Source: Candidatus Enterocola sp.
GTDB taxonomy: Bacteria; Bacteroidota; Bacteroidia; Bacteroidales; Paludibacteraceae
Assembly: GCA_045616965.1 (NCBI GenBank)
Contig: JAZLHT010000070.1
Coordinates: forward strand, 1 to 52,633
DNA length: 52,633 bases
Reading direction: 5' to 3'
Shown: piece by piece, positions 8,344 through 17,057 of the stretch
How the letters are laid out: each line of letters begins with the position of its first letter
Position numbering within the stretch: position 1 is the first letter of the stretch
Made by a program: the position numbers and the translations under genes
Notes under the pieces: model-generated
Database searches by the model: none
What the model was told of the DNA's origin: nothing
Seen by the model: the letters and a program-made list of their open reading frames with translations, nothing else

Positions 8344-10152
8344 ATGGTAGAAATTAGAAATAAATCCTATTTTGATGATTATCTTGAATCTCTACTTAAT
8401 CAAACAGAGTGTGATGATATAGAGTTTAAGAGTGCAGAAGGTGGTTTTCCTGAAAATTTTTGGGATACGTATTCTGCTTTTGCAAATACAGATGGTGGAA
8501 CTATTGTATTTGGTGTTAAAGAGAAAAATGGAGCGTTCTTCCTTAATGGTCTTACTGCTGATCAAATTGATAAGTATAAAAAGACGTTTTGGACAAATGT
8601 AAATAATCGTTCCACTATCAGTTGTAATTTGATGAAAGAGAGAGATGTAATTGTTGCTACGTATAAGGGCTATAATTTTATGTTATTTTTTGTTCCTAGG
8701 GCAAATAATGAACAACGGCCTGTTTTTCGTACAAACAATCCTTATAACGGAACTTTTAAACGTAACTACGAGGGTGATTATAAATGTACCGAAAAAGAAG
8801 TTAGGCGTATGTTTGCCGATGCCGATGATATGCATCCGGCAGACAGTCGCATATTGAAGAATTATACAATGGACGATATTGATGGTGAAACTCTTGCTAA
8901 ATACAGACAGTTATTTAAAACATCTTCTCCTGATCATCCTTGGCTCTCATTGAGTGATATTGAACTTTTAAGGATGCTAGGTGGTTATCGCAAAGATCGC
9001 CAAACGGGAGAGGAGGGTTTTACTGTGGCAGGGTTATTGATGTTTGGTAAATATCAATCAATAACTGATGTGGAGTGTACTCCAAATTTTTTTCCTGATT
9101 ACCAAGAACACCTTACAGAAGATAAAGATGTAAGATGGACAAATAGAATTTATGCAGACGGGACTTGGGAGGCAAACTTATTTAACTTTTATCAAAGAGT
9201 TTTGCCAAGATTACAATCGGTATTACCTAAACCGTTTAGATTAGAAGATAATATACGAAGGGAGGAAACGCCTGCACATATTGCAGTTAGAGAGGCTCTT
9301 ATAAATCTGTGTGTTCACGCTGATTATACAGAGAATGCTTCTTTGGTAGTAAGACATAATGCAAATTCATTTGTTTTTTCTAATCCTGGTACTATGCTTA
9401 TTTCAAAAGAGCAATATTATTATGGAGGAGAGAGTGTATGCAGAAATAAGTCTCTTCAGAAAATGTTTGCAATGCTTGGTGTTGCTGAGAAGGCAGGTAG
9501 TGGAACTGATAAAATAATGAAGGGATGGCAGGAAGCAAATTGGCGTGCTCCAAATGTGGAAATTCAACAAAATCCTGATAAAGTTGTATTAGTGATGCCT
9601 ATGGAATCATTCTTATCTGAAAAGGCAAAAGTAAAGTTGGAAGAAAAATTTGGTTTGTTAGCGGATAAATTCGAGCATAATGTACTATCTGTGTTATCTT
9701 TAGTTATTGATGAAGGGTCTGTTACAAATGAAAGATTAAGGTACTCTTTGAATTTGCATAAATCTCAAATTTCAGATTTACTTAAACAAATGTGTCGTAA
9801 GCATTTATTAGTAACAAAAGGTCATGGTAGGGGAATGAAGTACTTTTTCCCTGATATTCAAATGAATGTATTACGTTCAGAGGTTGCAACCTCCAGAGAA
9901 AAGGTTGCAACCTCCGAAGAAAAGGTTGCAACCCATATAAAACAAAAAATGTCATTTGGAGAGTTAGAAGAGTTCATATGTAAAATATGTTTAGAATGGG
10001 TTGATCTAACAGAAATATCTAGAAAATCTCAACGGGACTACTCATACTTGAGAAACAAAATTATTCCACGCTTGTTGAAAGAGGATCGTATAGAGATGAT
10101 GTTCCCTGGAACTCCAAATCATCCAAAACAACAATATAGAATAAAGGAATGA
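8344..10152 (+). CDS. Second COG2865-type Schlafen-like AlbA_2 / HATPase_c_4 / wHTH protein
   Basis: IEFKSAEGGFPENFWDTYSAFANTDGGTIVFGVKEK matches AlbA_2. VREALINLCVHADY...FSNPGTMLIS matches HATPase_c_4. The tail looks like a wHTH. The ORF opens at TTG 8335 and the first ATG is at 8344. It is clearly paralogous to the gene at 43585-45165. Confidence 0.8.
   Translation: MVEIRNKSYFDDYLESLLNQTECDDIEFKSAEGGFPENFWDTYSAFANTDGGTIVFGVKEKNGAFFLNGLTADQIDKYKKTFWTNVNNRSTISCNLMKERDVIVATYKGYNFMLFFVPRANNEQRPVFRTNNPYNGTFKRNYEGDYKCTEKEVRRMFADADDMHPADSRILKNYTMDDIDGETLAKYRQLFKTSSPDHPWLSLSDIELLRMLGGYRKDRQTGEEGFTVAGLLMFGKYQSITDVECTPNFFPDYQEHLTEDKDVRWTNRIYADGTWEANLFNFYQRVLPRLQSVLPKPFRLEDNIRREETPAHIAVREALINLCVHADYTENASLVVRHNANSFVFSNPGTMLISKEQYYYGGESVCRNKSLQKMFAMLGVAEKAGSGTDKIMKGWQEANWRAPNVEIQQNPDKVVLVMPMESFLSEKAKVKLEEKFGLLADKFEHNVLSVLSLVIDEGSVTNERLRYSLNLHKSQISDLLKQMCRKHLLVTKGHGRGMKYFFPDIQMNVLRSEVATSREKVATSEEKVATHIKQKMSFGELEEFICKICLEWVDLTEISRKSQRDYSYLRNKIIPRLLKEDRIEMMFPGTPNHPKQQYRIKE
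9881..9934 (+). repeat. In-frame 21-bp tandem repeat, about 2.6 copies (aggttgcaacctccRRagaaa), encoding VATSREK/VATSEEK/VAT
   Basis: Read directly from the sequence. It lies in the linker between the HATPase_c_4-like domain and the C-terminal wHTH of the 8344-10152 gene. Confidence 0.9.
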
Positions 10153-10154
10153 CT

Positions 10155-10571
10155 ATGATAACGTACCAGACAATAGACGTAAAGCGTCCGTCAATAAAGG
10201 TTAGGGAGTGCAACGCTTGGATTAAGGGTGTTGCCGCAGGTCATGGTAAAAAGGTAGGGGATATTGCCTATATATTCTGCTCAGATGCCAAGATTCTTGA
10301 GGTTAACAACCAATATTTAGGTCATAACTATTACACAGATATAATAACCTTTGACTATACAGACGGCGATGTTATAGGCGGAGATATATTTATATCGGTA
10401 GATACTGTTAAGAGTAACGCCGATGAACTTGGCATACCGTTTGACACTGAACTTCACCGCATACTTATTCACGGAATCCTGCATCTTTGCGGATTCAAGG
10501 ATAAAAACCCTGTTGACAAGGCGGAAATGACACGTCAGGAGGATGCAGCACTTACTAGACTAAAAAATTAA
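10155..10571 (+). CDS. ybeY: rRNA maturation endoribonuclease YbeY
   Basis: The HGILHLCGFKD zinc-binding motif is present and the size is right. Remembered Bacteroides YbeY proteins start MITYQ, which favours ATG 10155. The ORF track starts at ATG 10149, which overlaps the upstream stop (ATGA). Confidence 0.9.
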   Translation: MITYQTIDVKRPSIKVRECNAWIKGVAAGHGKKVGDIAYIFCSDAKILEVNNQYLGHNYYTDIITFDYTDGDVIGGDIFISVDTVKSNADELGIPFDTELHRILIHGILHLCGFKDKNPVDKAEMTRQEDAALTRLKN

Positions 10572-10575
10572 AGAT

Positions 10576-11808
10576 ATGTTTAATTACATTTGGGCAGGTT
10601 TTTTTATTGTGGCACTAATAGTGGGTGCCGCACAAGCCATTTTTATGGGTAATACCGCCATACTTGGCGATATGGTCAACTCAACGTTTGAGATGGCGGA
10701 GTTTTCTGTTATGGGTATAGCACTTCCGCTATGTGGAGTAATGACATTATGGTTAGGTCTTATGAATATAGGAGAAAAGGCAGGTGCCATAAACGTGATG
10801 TCAAGGGTAGTGGGTCCGTTTTTCTCAAAGTTATTCCCTGAGATTCCAAAAGGACACCCTGCAAGCGGTCAGCTGGTTATGAATTTCAGTGCAAACCTGC
10901 TTGGACTTGACAACGCAGCCACTCCGCTTGGACTAAAGGCAATGCAGAGCCTGCAGGATTTGAATCCTAAAAAGGATACGGCTTCAAATGCACAGATAAT
11001 GTTCCTTGCACTAAACACATCGGGGCTTACAATAATACCGGTTGCCATACTTGCCCAAAGAGCCATTCTTGGGGCGGCAAACCCTACAGATGTGTTTGTG
11101 CCGTTGCTAATATCAACATACGTTTCCACCATTTCCGCCATTATTTTTGTAGGAATAAAACAGCGTCTTAATCTGCTTAATTGGACAGTAATGGGGTGGC
11201 TTCTTGGACTTTCAGCCTTGATAGGCGGAATGTGCTGGTGGCTGTCAACCCTAAGCAGAGAGGGAATGACACTTGCAACCAATATAATAAGTAACGGAAT
11301 ACTCCTTATTATAATGGTAGGCTTTATAACAGGTGCCATAATGAAGAAAGTTAATGTGTTTGAAGCCTTTATTGAGGGTGCCAAAGGTGGTTTTGAAACC
11401 TCAGTAAAGATAATACCGTATATGGTGGGTACGCTTGTAGGTATAGCCGTTTTCAGAGCCTCAGGAGCCTTAGGATTTATTACAGACGGACTCGCTTGGG
11501 TTTGTGGACTCTTTACAGAGCGTACAGAGTGGGTTGATGCCATGCCTACAGCCTTTATGAAACCATTAAGCGGTAGCGGAGCCAAAGCCATGATGGTGGA
11601 GTGTATGAAAACCTTTGGACCCGATTCCTTTGCCGGCAGACTTAGCTGTCTGTTCCAAGGAGCCGCCGATACTACCTTCTATATTATAGCCCTGTATTTT
11701 GGTTCTGTGGGCGTAAAAAAGACAAGATACGCCATCGGTGCCGGACTTTTTGCAGATTTAATGGGTGTAATTGCCGCAATTTTTGTTGCTTACCTCTTCT
11801 TTTTTTAA
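10576..11808 (+). CDS. Nucleoside-recognition (Gate) domain membrane protein, fused SpmA/SpmB-like
   Basis: 410-aa polytopic membrane protein. N-terminus MFNYIWAGFFIVALIVG... resembles SpmA, and the second half resembles SpmB. Confidence 0.7.
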   Translation: MFNYIWAGFFIVALIVGAAQAIFMGNTAILGDMVNSTFEMAEFSVMGIALPLCGVMTLWLGLMNIGEKAGAINVMSRVVGPFFSKLFPEIPKGHPASGQLVMNFSANLLGLDNAATPLGLKAMQSLQDLNPKKDTASNAQIMFLALNTSGLTIIPVAILAQRAILGAANPTDVFVPLLISTYVSTISAIIFVGIKQRLNLLNWTVMGWLLGLSALIGGMCWWLSTLSREGMTLATNIISNGILLIIMVGFITGAIMKKVNVFEAFIEGAKGGFETSVKIIPYMVGTLVGIAVFRASGALGFITDGLAWVCGLFTERTEWVDAMPTAFMKPLSGSGAKAMMVECMKTFGPDSFAGRLSCLFQGAADTTFYIIALYFGSVGVKKTRYAIGAGLFADLMGVIAAIFVAYLFFF

Positions 11809-11837
11809 CATTTTTTAACATTTGATTAAACCTTTTT

Positions 11838-11873
11838 GTAATCATCAGTTATAATTTTGTAACTGATGATTAC
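11838..11873 (+). terminator. Rho-independent terminator-like hairpin after the spmAB-like gene
   Basis: Perfect 14-bp arms gtaatcatcagtta / taactgatgattac with an 8-nt loop, followed by a T-rich run (gtgattttttt). Confidence 0.6.
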
Positions 11874-11941
11874 AGTGATTTTTTTGCAAATTATAAAAAA
11901 TGTTAAAGTTTTGATTTAGTGTTTTTTATATAAAAAATTTG

Positions 11942-11978
11942 CCGTTACTTTGCAGTGCCAAACAATACAAAGTAACGG
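11942..11978 (+). promoter_or_regulatory. Perfect 11-bp inverted repeat plus T-run immediately before the first ORF of the tra operon (attenuator, operator or oriT-like; function unknown)
   Basis: Arms ccgttactttg (11942-11952) and caaagtaacgg (11968-11978). T7 follows, then the ATG at 11986. Confidence 0.4.
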
Positions 11979-11985
11979 TTTTTTT

Positions 11986-12174
11986 ATGTTCGGATTACAA
12001 TATATTAGTGTACATTTATTCTTAATTATTGTGTTTGCCATATTTACATTTTTTAACATTTCAGTATATGTATGGTTCCGTTATTTTTCAAATCCCGATA
12101 AGAAGAGAGAAGAGGAGTTGAGGCATCAGTTTGAATCAGATAGTGATGACAGTTTGGATGACATACCGTTTTAA
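11986..12174 (+). CDS. Small hypothetical membrane protein with an acidic C-terminal tail (about 62 aa)
   Basis: The ORF track starts at 11950, but its first 12 codons cover the hairpin. The ATG at 11986 gives MFGLQYISVHLFLIIVFAIFTFF... (one TM segment) followed by an EEELRHQFESDSDDSLDD tail. No family was recognised. Confidence 0.35.
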   Translation: MFGLQYISVHLFLIIVFAIFTFFNISVYVWFRYFSNPDKKREEELRHQFESDSDDSLDDIPF

Positions 12175-12186
12175 AATAATAATAAA

Positions 12187-12489
12187 ATGAAAAAGAGAGT
12201 GATTTTTTTATTATCCGCCACACATTCATCTATTGTGGCGTTGGCTCAAGGGAATGGAGTTGCCGCTATAGAAAAGGCAAATTCTGAGATTCAATCCTAT
12301 ATTGAACCTATTACCACACTATTTTATGTAATATGTGCGGTTGTAGGGTTTATAGGTGCTGTAAAAGTGTATAGCAAGTGGTCTTCGGGCAGTCCTGACA
12401 CCACTCGTACCGCTGCATCATGGTTTGGAAGCTGTGTATTTGCAGTTGTAGCGGTAACCGCTATCCGTGCGTTTTTCTTAGGCTCATAA
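12187..12489 (+). CDS. traE: TraE-like (DUF4134) conjugative transposon protein, VirB2-like pilin candidate
   Basis: Signal peptide plus AQGNGVAAIEKA...KVYSKWSSGSPDTTRTAASWFGSCVF closely resembles CTnDOT-family TraE. Confidence 0.85.
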   Translation: MKKRVIFLLSATHSSIVALAQGNGVAAIEKANSEIQSYIEPITTLFYVICAVVGFIGAVKVYSKWSSGSPDTTRTAASWFGSCVFAVVAVTAIRAFFLGS

Positions 12490-12501
12490 ACCATATTTAA
12501 T

Positions 12502-12813
12502 ATGGCAAGGTATCAAATAAATAAAGGAGTAGGAAAATCGGTAGAGGTAAAAGGTCTCAGAGCCCAATACTTTATATGTGCTGTGATAGGCATAGTGATC
12601 GCATTTGTAGTGTTTTTCATACTATCGTTTATTGTAGGTCAAGTGGCATCTATAATTGTAGCGGTTTTCTGCCTTGTCATAAATGTGTCAATGTGTTTCT
12701 ATTTGAATAATAAATTCGGAGAAAAAGGGTTGGTCCAATTATATGCCGTTAGGGCAATGCCAAAAAGGATTGCAATACATAAAAGGTTATACATAATAAT
12801 CGGAGTTAAATGA
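12502..12813 (+). CDS. traF: TraF-like (DUF4133) conjugative transposon protein
   Basis: MARYQINKGVGKSVEVKGLRAQYF... matches the conserved TraF N-terminus. Two TM segments are present. Confidence 0.85.
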   Translation: MARYQINKGVGKSVEVKGLRAQYFICAVIGIVIAFVVFFILSFIVGQVASIIVAVFCLVINVSMCFYLNNKFGEKGLVQLYAVRAMPKRIAIHKRLYIIIGVK

Positions 12814-15296
12814 AAATAAAGTCAAAGGATATTGAGAAGTGTCTGCCTCTGTTATGCTGGGAGAATGGCTGTCTTATCAGCAAAGCAGCGGACATAACGG
12901 TGCCGTTTTGTTTAAGTATGCCGCAGGTCTATTCTTTAGGAAAAGAAAATTTTGAACAACTGCATCAAACTTGGGTAAGGGCATTGAAATGTCTGCCGGA
13001 CAATTCCATTGTTCACAAACAGGATTGGTTTTTCACAGATGAGTATAAGGCTGACTTATCAGGTGAAAAAACATTTCTCGGTACTGCTTCTGACAATCAT
13101 TTTAATGGAAGAAAATCCATCAGGCATTGCTGTTTCCTATATCTTACCATGTCATCTGCAAAAAGTATTTCAACTACCAGTCAGTTTTCGGCACTTTGCA
13201 CTGGTAATTTAATAAGTGAGAATGTTTTAAATCTTGCTATGATTAAGTCTTTTTCCGATTCTGTAAGTCGCTTTTGTGGAGTTTTGGAAGAAAACGGAAT
13301 AGGCATAAGAAGGGTTAGTGAAAAGGAAATGTTGGGAACGGCGGCTGAATATGGTGTAATCGAGCAGTATCTTACGTTGTCTTTAGGTAAAACATCGGGT
13401 TATGCATTATGTGATATAACTTGTAATGAGATGGATACAAGGGTTGGTGATAATTATTTGAGCTGTTTCTCAATATCAGATTTGGACCAACTACCCTCCG
13501 AAGTTTTCACGTACAAGATTCATGATAAATTGTCGTCTGAAAGTACAAATTTTCCAATAGGCTATACACACTCTTTGGGTTTTGATTTGCCGTTTGACCA
13601 TATATATAATCAGTATTTCTTTTTAGTGTCGCATAAAGACACAATAAATGCAATAGAGCGCAGGGGAAGGGAACAGCAGTCACTGTCAAGAATCTCAAGG
13701 GAGAATGCTATAAACAAAGAGTTCAATGATATGTATCTTAATGAGAGTGTAATCAATGCCAGAAGGTGTGTAAAAGTGGCTGCGAACATACTTTTATGGG
13801 ACACCAACTATCAGCGGTTACTAAAAAAGAATACCAAAACAGGCTCGGTACTTGCAAATATGGATTGTACTGTATCAAAAACACAAGGTATAGTGCCACA
13901 GATTTTTTGGGGCGGGATACCAGGTGCAGCGTCACAGTTTCCGTCAGAGATGACATTTCTCACTTTTTTGGAACAAGCCTGCTGTTTTGTTTATAACGAG
14001 AGCAATATTAAGTCAGTCGGTAGTGATTTTGGCATACGTTTATGTGATAGGATTTTTGGATTACCACTGAATATAGATATATCGGATTATCCAAGGCAGA
14101 AGGGTTGGACTGATAATAGGAACAAATTTATACTTGGTCCCTCAGGTACAGGGAAATCATTTTTCACCAACCACATGGTCAGGCAATATTACGAACAAGG
14201 AGCACATGTAGTAATTGTCGATGTTGGCGACAGTTACCAAGGTTTGACAAAAATGATACAGGAAACAACTAATGGCAAGGATGGTGTTTACCTCCAGTAT
14301 TCAGAAGAACATCCAATTTCGTTCAACCCTTTTTATGTTGCAGACAGAGTATATACTGTTGAGAAAAGGGAGCAGTTGGCTGCTTTGGTTTTCTGTCTTT
14401 GGAAGAATGAAAGTGAGCAGATAACAAAAGCGGAAGAGACGCACATTTCAGTGGCAATAAATAATTATATCGACTACATTATGCAAAACAGTATATTCCC
14501 TTGTTTTGACACTTTTTTTGAATATTTAGATGTGCAGTACAGGGAATACATGTTATCAAAAGGAGTGGATAAATATAGTTTTGACATAGATAATCTGCTT
14601 CAGGTGTTGAGTCCGTACTACATAGGTGGAATGTACCATTTTTTACTAAATGCTACAGAAAATGCTGATTTGCTTGACAAGCGTTTTATTGTATTTGAAA
14701 TTGACAGCATAAAGGACCATAAAACTTTATTTCCAGTGGTTACGTTGATGCTGATGGATACCTTTATATCCAAGATGAGACACCGTTCTCTAGCAATGGA
14801 TAGAAAAATGATATTGATAGAAGAGGCTTGGAAAGCTATATCAAAGAGTGGTACGGCACAGTTCATAAAATATTTGTACAAAACCGTTAGAAAGCACTTT
14901 GGAGAGGCGATTGTAGTTACACAGGAGGTTGATGACATTGTTGGAAATGAAATCATAAAGAACACTATTATTTCAAACGCCGATTGCAAGATATTACTTG
15001 ATCAGCGTAAATATGCAAATAGATTTGATGATATAAAGCAAATTCTCGCGTTAAGCGAAAAGGAGGCGGCGATAGCACTGTCAATTAACAAGGATATAAA
15101 AACAGTTGGAAGAGCACCCTATAAGGAGGTTTTTATAACATTAAACGGGAATCTTACATCTGTATATGGCGTGGAGGTTTCCAAAGAGGAATATTTGACT
15201 TATACTACGGAGAAAAAAGAGAAAGAGACTGTCATTCAAAAAGAGAAGGAGACAGGTAGTTATATAGAGGCAATTAAAAGTCTGATAAATAAATGA
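12810..15296 (+). CDS. traG: TraG-family conjugative transposon ATPase (VirB4-like)
   Basis: 828 aa. Walker A GPSGTGKS at 14136-14159. ATGA overlap with traF. Size and position are typical. Confidence 0.9.
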   Translation: MKIKSKDIEKCLPLLCWENGCLISKAADITVPFCLSMPQVYSLGKENFEQLHQTWVRALKCLPDNSIVHKQDWFFTDEYKADLSGEKTFLGTASDNHFNGRKSIRHCCFLYLTMSSAKSISTTSQFSALCTGNLISENVLNLAMIKSFSDSVSRFCGVLEENGIGIRRVSEKEMLGTAAEYGVIEQYLTLSLGKTSGYALCDITCNEMDTRVGDNYLSCFSISDLDQLPSEVFTYKIHDKLSSESTNFPIGYTHSLGFDLPFDHIYNQYFFLVSHKDTINAIERRGREQQSLSRISRENAINKEFNDMYLNESVINARRCVKVAANILLWDTNYQRLLKKNTKTGSVLANMDCTVSKTQGIVPQIFWGGIPGAASQFPSEMTFLTFLEQACCFVYNESNIKSVGSDFGIRLCDRIFGLPLNIDISDYPRQKGWTDNRNKFILGPSGTGKSFFTNHMVRQYYEQGAHVVIVDVGDSYQGLTKMIQETTNGKDGVYLQYSEEHPISFNPFYVADRVYTVEKREQLAALVFCLWKNESEQITKAEETHISVAINNYIDYIMQNSIFPCFDTFFEYLDVQYREYMLSKGVDKYSFDIDNLLQVLSPYYIGGMYHFLLNATENADLLDKRFIVFEIDSIKDHKTLFPVVTLMLMDTFISKMRHRSLAMDRKMILIEEAWKAISKSGTAQFIKYLYKTVRKHFGEAIVVTQEVDDIVGNEIIKNTIISNADCKILLDQRKYANRFDDIKQILALSEKEAAIALSINKDIKTVGRAPYKEVFITLNGNLTSVYGVEVSKEEYLTYTTEKKEKETVIQKEKETGSYIEAIKSLINK

Positions 15297-15916
15297 GTAT
15301 GAAAAAGTTATACATATCAATCTTATTGCTTGCTTTTTGGAACACAATTTTTTCGCAGGCTGTGGTTACAGACCCTACCTCAATGTCACAGAGGATAGCG
15401 TTGTTTTTTGAGGAGATGGAGGAATCAATATCTCAGAGTATTGATATTGCTGATAATGCAGAAAATATGAGCAAGTTGTTTGAGCTTACAAAAGAATCTG
15501 CTGAAAAATTAAAAAGGGTAAGCAATTTTGTAAAGGCTTCACGGCAGGTTGTGGAGATTACCGGTGCAGAGATAAGAATTGCCGATAAAATGGACAAGTA
15601 TATCAACAGAATCAACGAAATTGATGAATTGACAATGACGGAGAAACTAAATATAATAGCTTCTATTATGAATTTTGGAACAGTTGCCGCAGAACGTATA
15701 AAAAATGGTGTTGAAATGGCAAAGAATGGTGTAAATGACGCAGATTTGTCTGATTATGAAAGAATAGAGATTTTAACAAAAATAGAAGATGAAGTGTTGG
15801 CATTGGAAGATGCGATAGATAAGACGTACGAACTGAGTTTGTCTAAAGTGGCTTATGACGGAATTAAAAACGGCATGGAGAACTTGAAGGTTCAAGCGAT
15901 GACATTCTCATTTTAA
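15293..15916 (+). CDS. DUF4141/TraI-like conjugative transposon protein
   Basis: Signal peptide followed by VVTDPTSMSQRI... and a coiled region, resembling DUF4141 proteins found between TraG and TraJ. The TraH-versus-TraI naming is uncertain. Confidence 0.55.
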   Translation: MSMKKLYISILLLAFWNTIFSQAVVTDPTSMSQRIALFFEEMEESISQSIDIADNAENMSKLFELTKESAEKLKRVSNFVKASRQVVEITGAEIRIADKMDKYINRINEIDELTMTEKLNIIASIMNFGTVAAERIKNGVEMAKNGVNDADLSDYERIEILTKIEDEVLALEDAIDKTYELSLSKVAYDGIKNGMENLKVQAMTFSF

Positions 15917-15927
15917 ATCAGTAATAT

Positions 15928-17055
15928 ATGAATTATTCATTAGAAATAGTACAAAATCTTGGCGAATCAGTGACGCAAGGGTTGAACAAAGTATATTCAA
16001 CTGCTGTTAATTACGCCGATATGCTTTCTTCCACCGCACAACTGATATGTGGTATCGCTGCTTTGCTATATATAGGATCAAAACTTTGGAAATCTTGGGC
16101 CAAAGGGGAACCTATAGATTTTTACAGTATGTTAAGACCTTTTGCCATAGGGTTGGTAATTATATTTTTTACTGGTTTCACCAAGGTTTTGGACGCTCTT
16201 GTAAAACCAATAGAGGTAGCCACGGAATTTGTAAAAGAATCCGCTTCTGATAGAATGGAATCCTCCTATGCTGAATATTTTGAGACACAGAAAAAAATGA
16301 GAGAGGTGCAGGCACAGGCGGAAGCCAAATCAAAGGCTTCAGAGGAGAAATTGAGTGTTTGGCGTACTATCAGCAAAAATATAGGGGAAATAAAGGATAA
16401 TATAGTTAACTCAGTGGGCAGTTTATCTGATACAATCTTTAAATTCTTAGTGGATTTGGGCAGTATGACTGTAGATATTTTCACAATGGCTACGGTTTAT
16501 TTTTACAAGGTATATGTGGTGACAGCCAAAATTGTTTTAGTGTTGATAGGTCCGTTTGCTTTAGCACTTTCTGTAATACCAGGGTTTGAAAAGAATTTTA
16601 AGGCTTGGGTTGCCCAGTATATAAATATCAGCTTGTATATCCCAATTTGTAATATTATAGGGTTTGTGCAGACAATGATAGTAAGTGAGTGTCTTTATGC
16701 TCCTGGAACATCATCAATGCAGGCAGTAATAGATCAAACCACAGCGGAATCCACATTGGTTTCCATAGACAGCAACACAATTATGGTGCAGATTTGTGGA
16801 ATGTTATTAGGCATAATATCAATTATGCTATATTCTCATGTGCCTGTTTTTGCAAATTGGATTTTGCGGGGAGACGGTTCAGGCGGACTTGCAGCGGCAT
16901 TCAGCGTAGGAGGCGGATTGGCTGCCACTAAGGTAGGAGATGCGGAGAGTGTGAATCAGATTGCTTCAAAATTCGGACTTGGGGGCAATCAACCGCAACA
17001 ACAGACGCAAGTACAGCCACAGTCGCAGGTACAACAGAATTCAATAGATAAGTAG
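15928..17055 (+). CDS. traJ: TraJ conjugative transposon protein (VirB6-like polytopic membrane protein)
   Basis: The GEPIDFYSMLRPFAIGLVIIFF motif matches TraJ and there are multiple TM segments. It carries an unusual Q-rich C-terminal tail (GGNQPQQQTQVQPQSQVQQN). Confidence 0.85.
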   Translation: MNYSLEIVQNLGESVTQGLNKVYSTAVNYADMLSSTAQLICGIAALLYIGSKLWKSWAKGEPIDFYSMLRPFAIGLVIIFFTGFTKVLDALVKPIEVATEFVKESASDRMESSYAEYFETQKKMREVQAQAEAKSKASEEKLSVWRTISKNIGEIKDNIVNSVGSLSDTIFKFLVDLGSMTVDIFTMATVYFYKVYVVTAKIVLVLIGPFALALSVIPGFEKNFKAWVAQYINISLYIPICNIIGFVQTMIVSECLYAPGTSSMQAVIDQTTAESTLVSIDSNTIMVQICGMLLGIISIMLYSHVPVFANWILRGDGSGGLAAAFSVGGGLAATKVGDAESVNQIASKFGLGGNQPQQQTQVQPQSQVQQNSIDK

Positions 17056-17057
17056 AT

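Noticed and set aside
10869-11591. 240-aa ORF antisense to the spmAB-like gene (also 10584-10790)
   Set aside because: It lies fully inside a well-supported membrane-protein gene on the opposite strand. The product is low-complexity (Ala/Pro/Ser/Ile-rich) with no recognisable motif, as is typical of a mirror-frame ORF.
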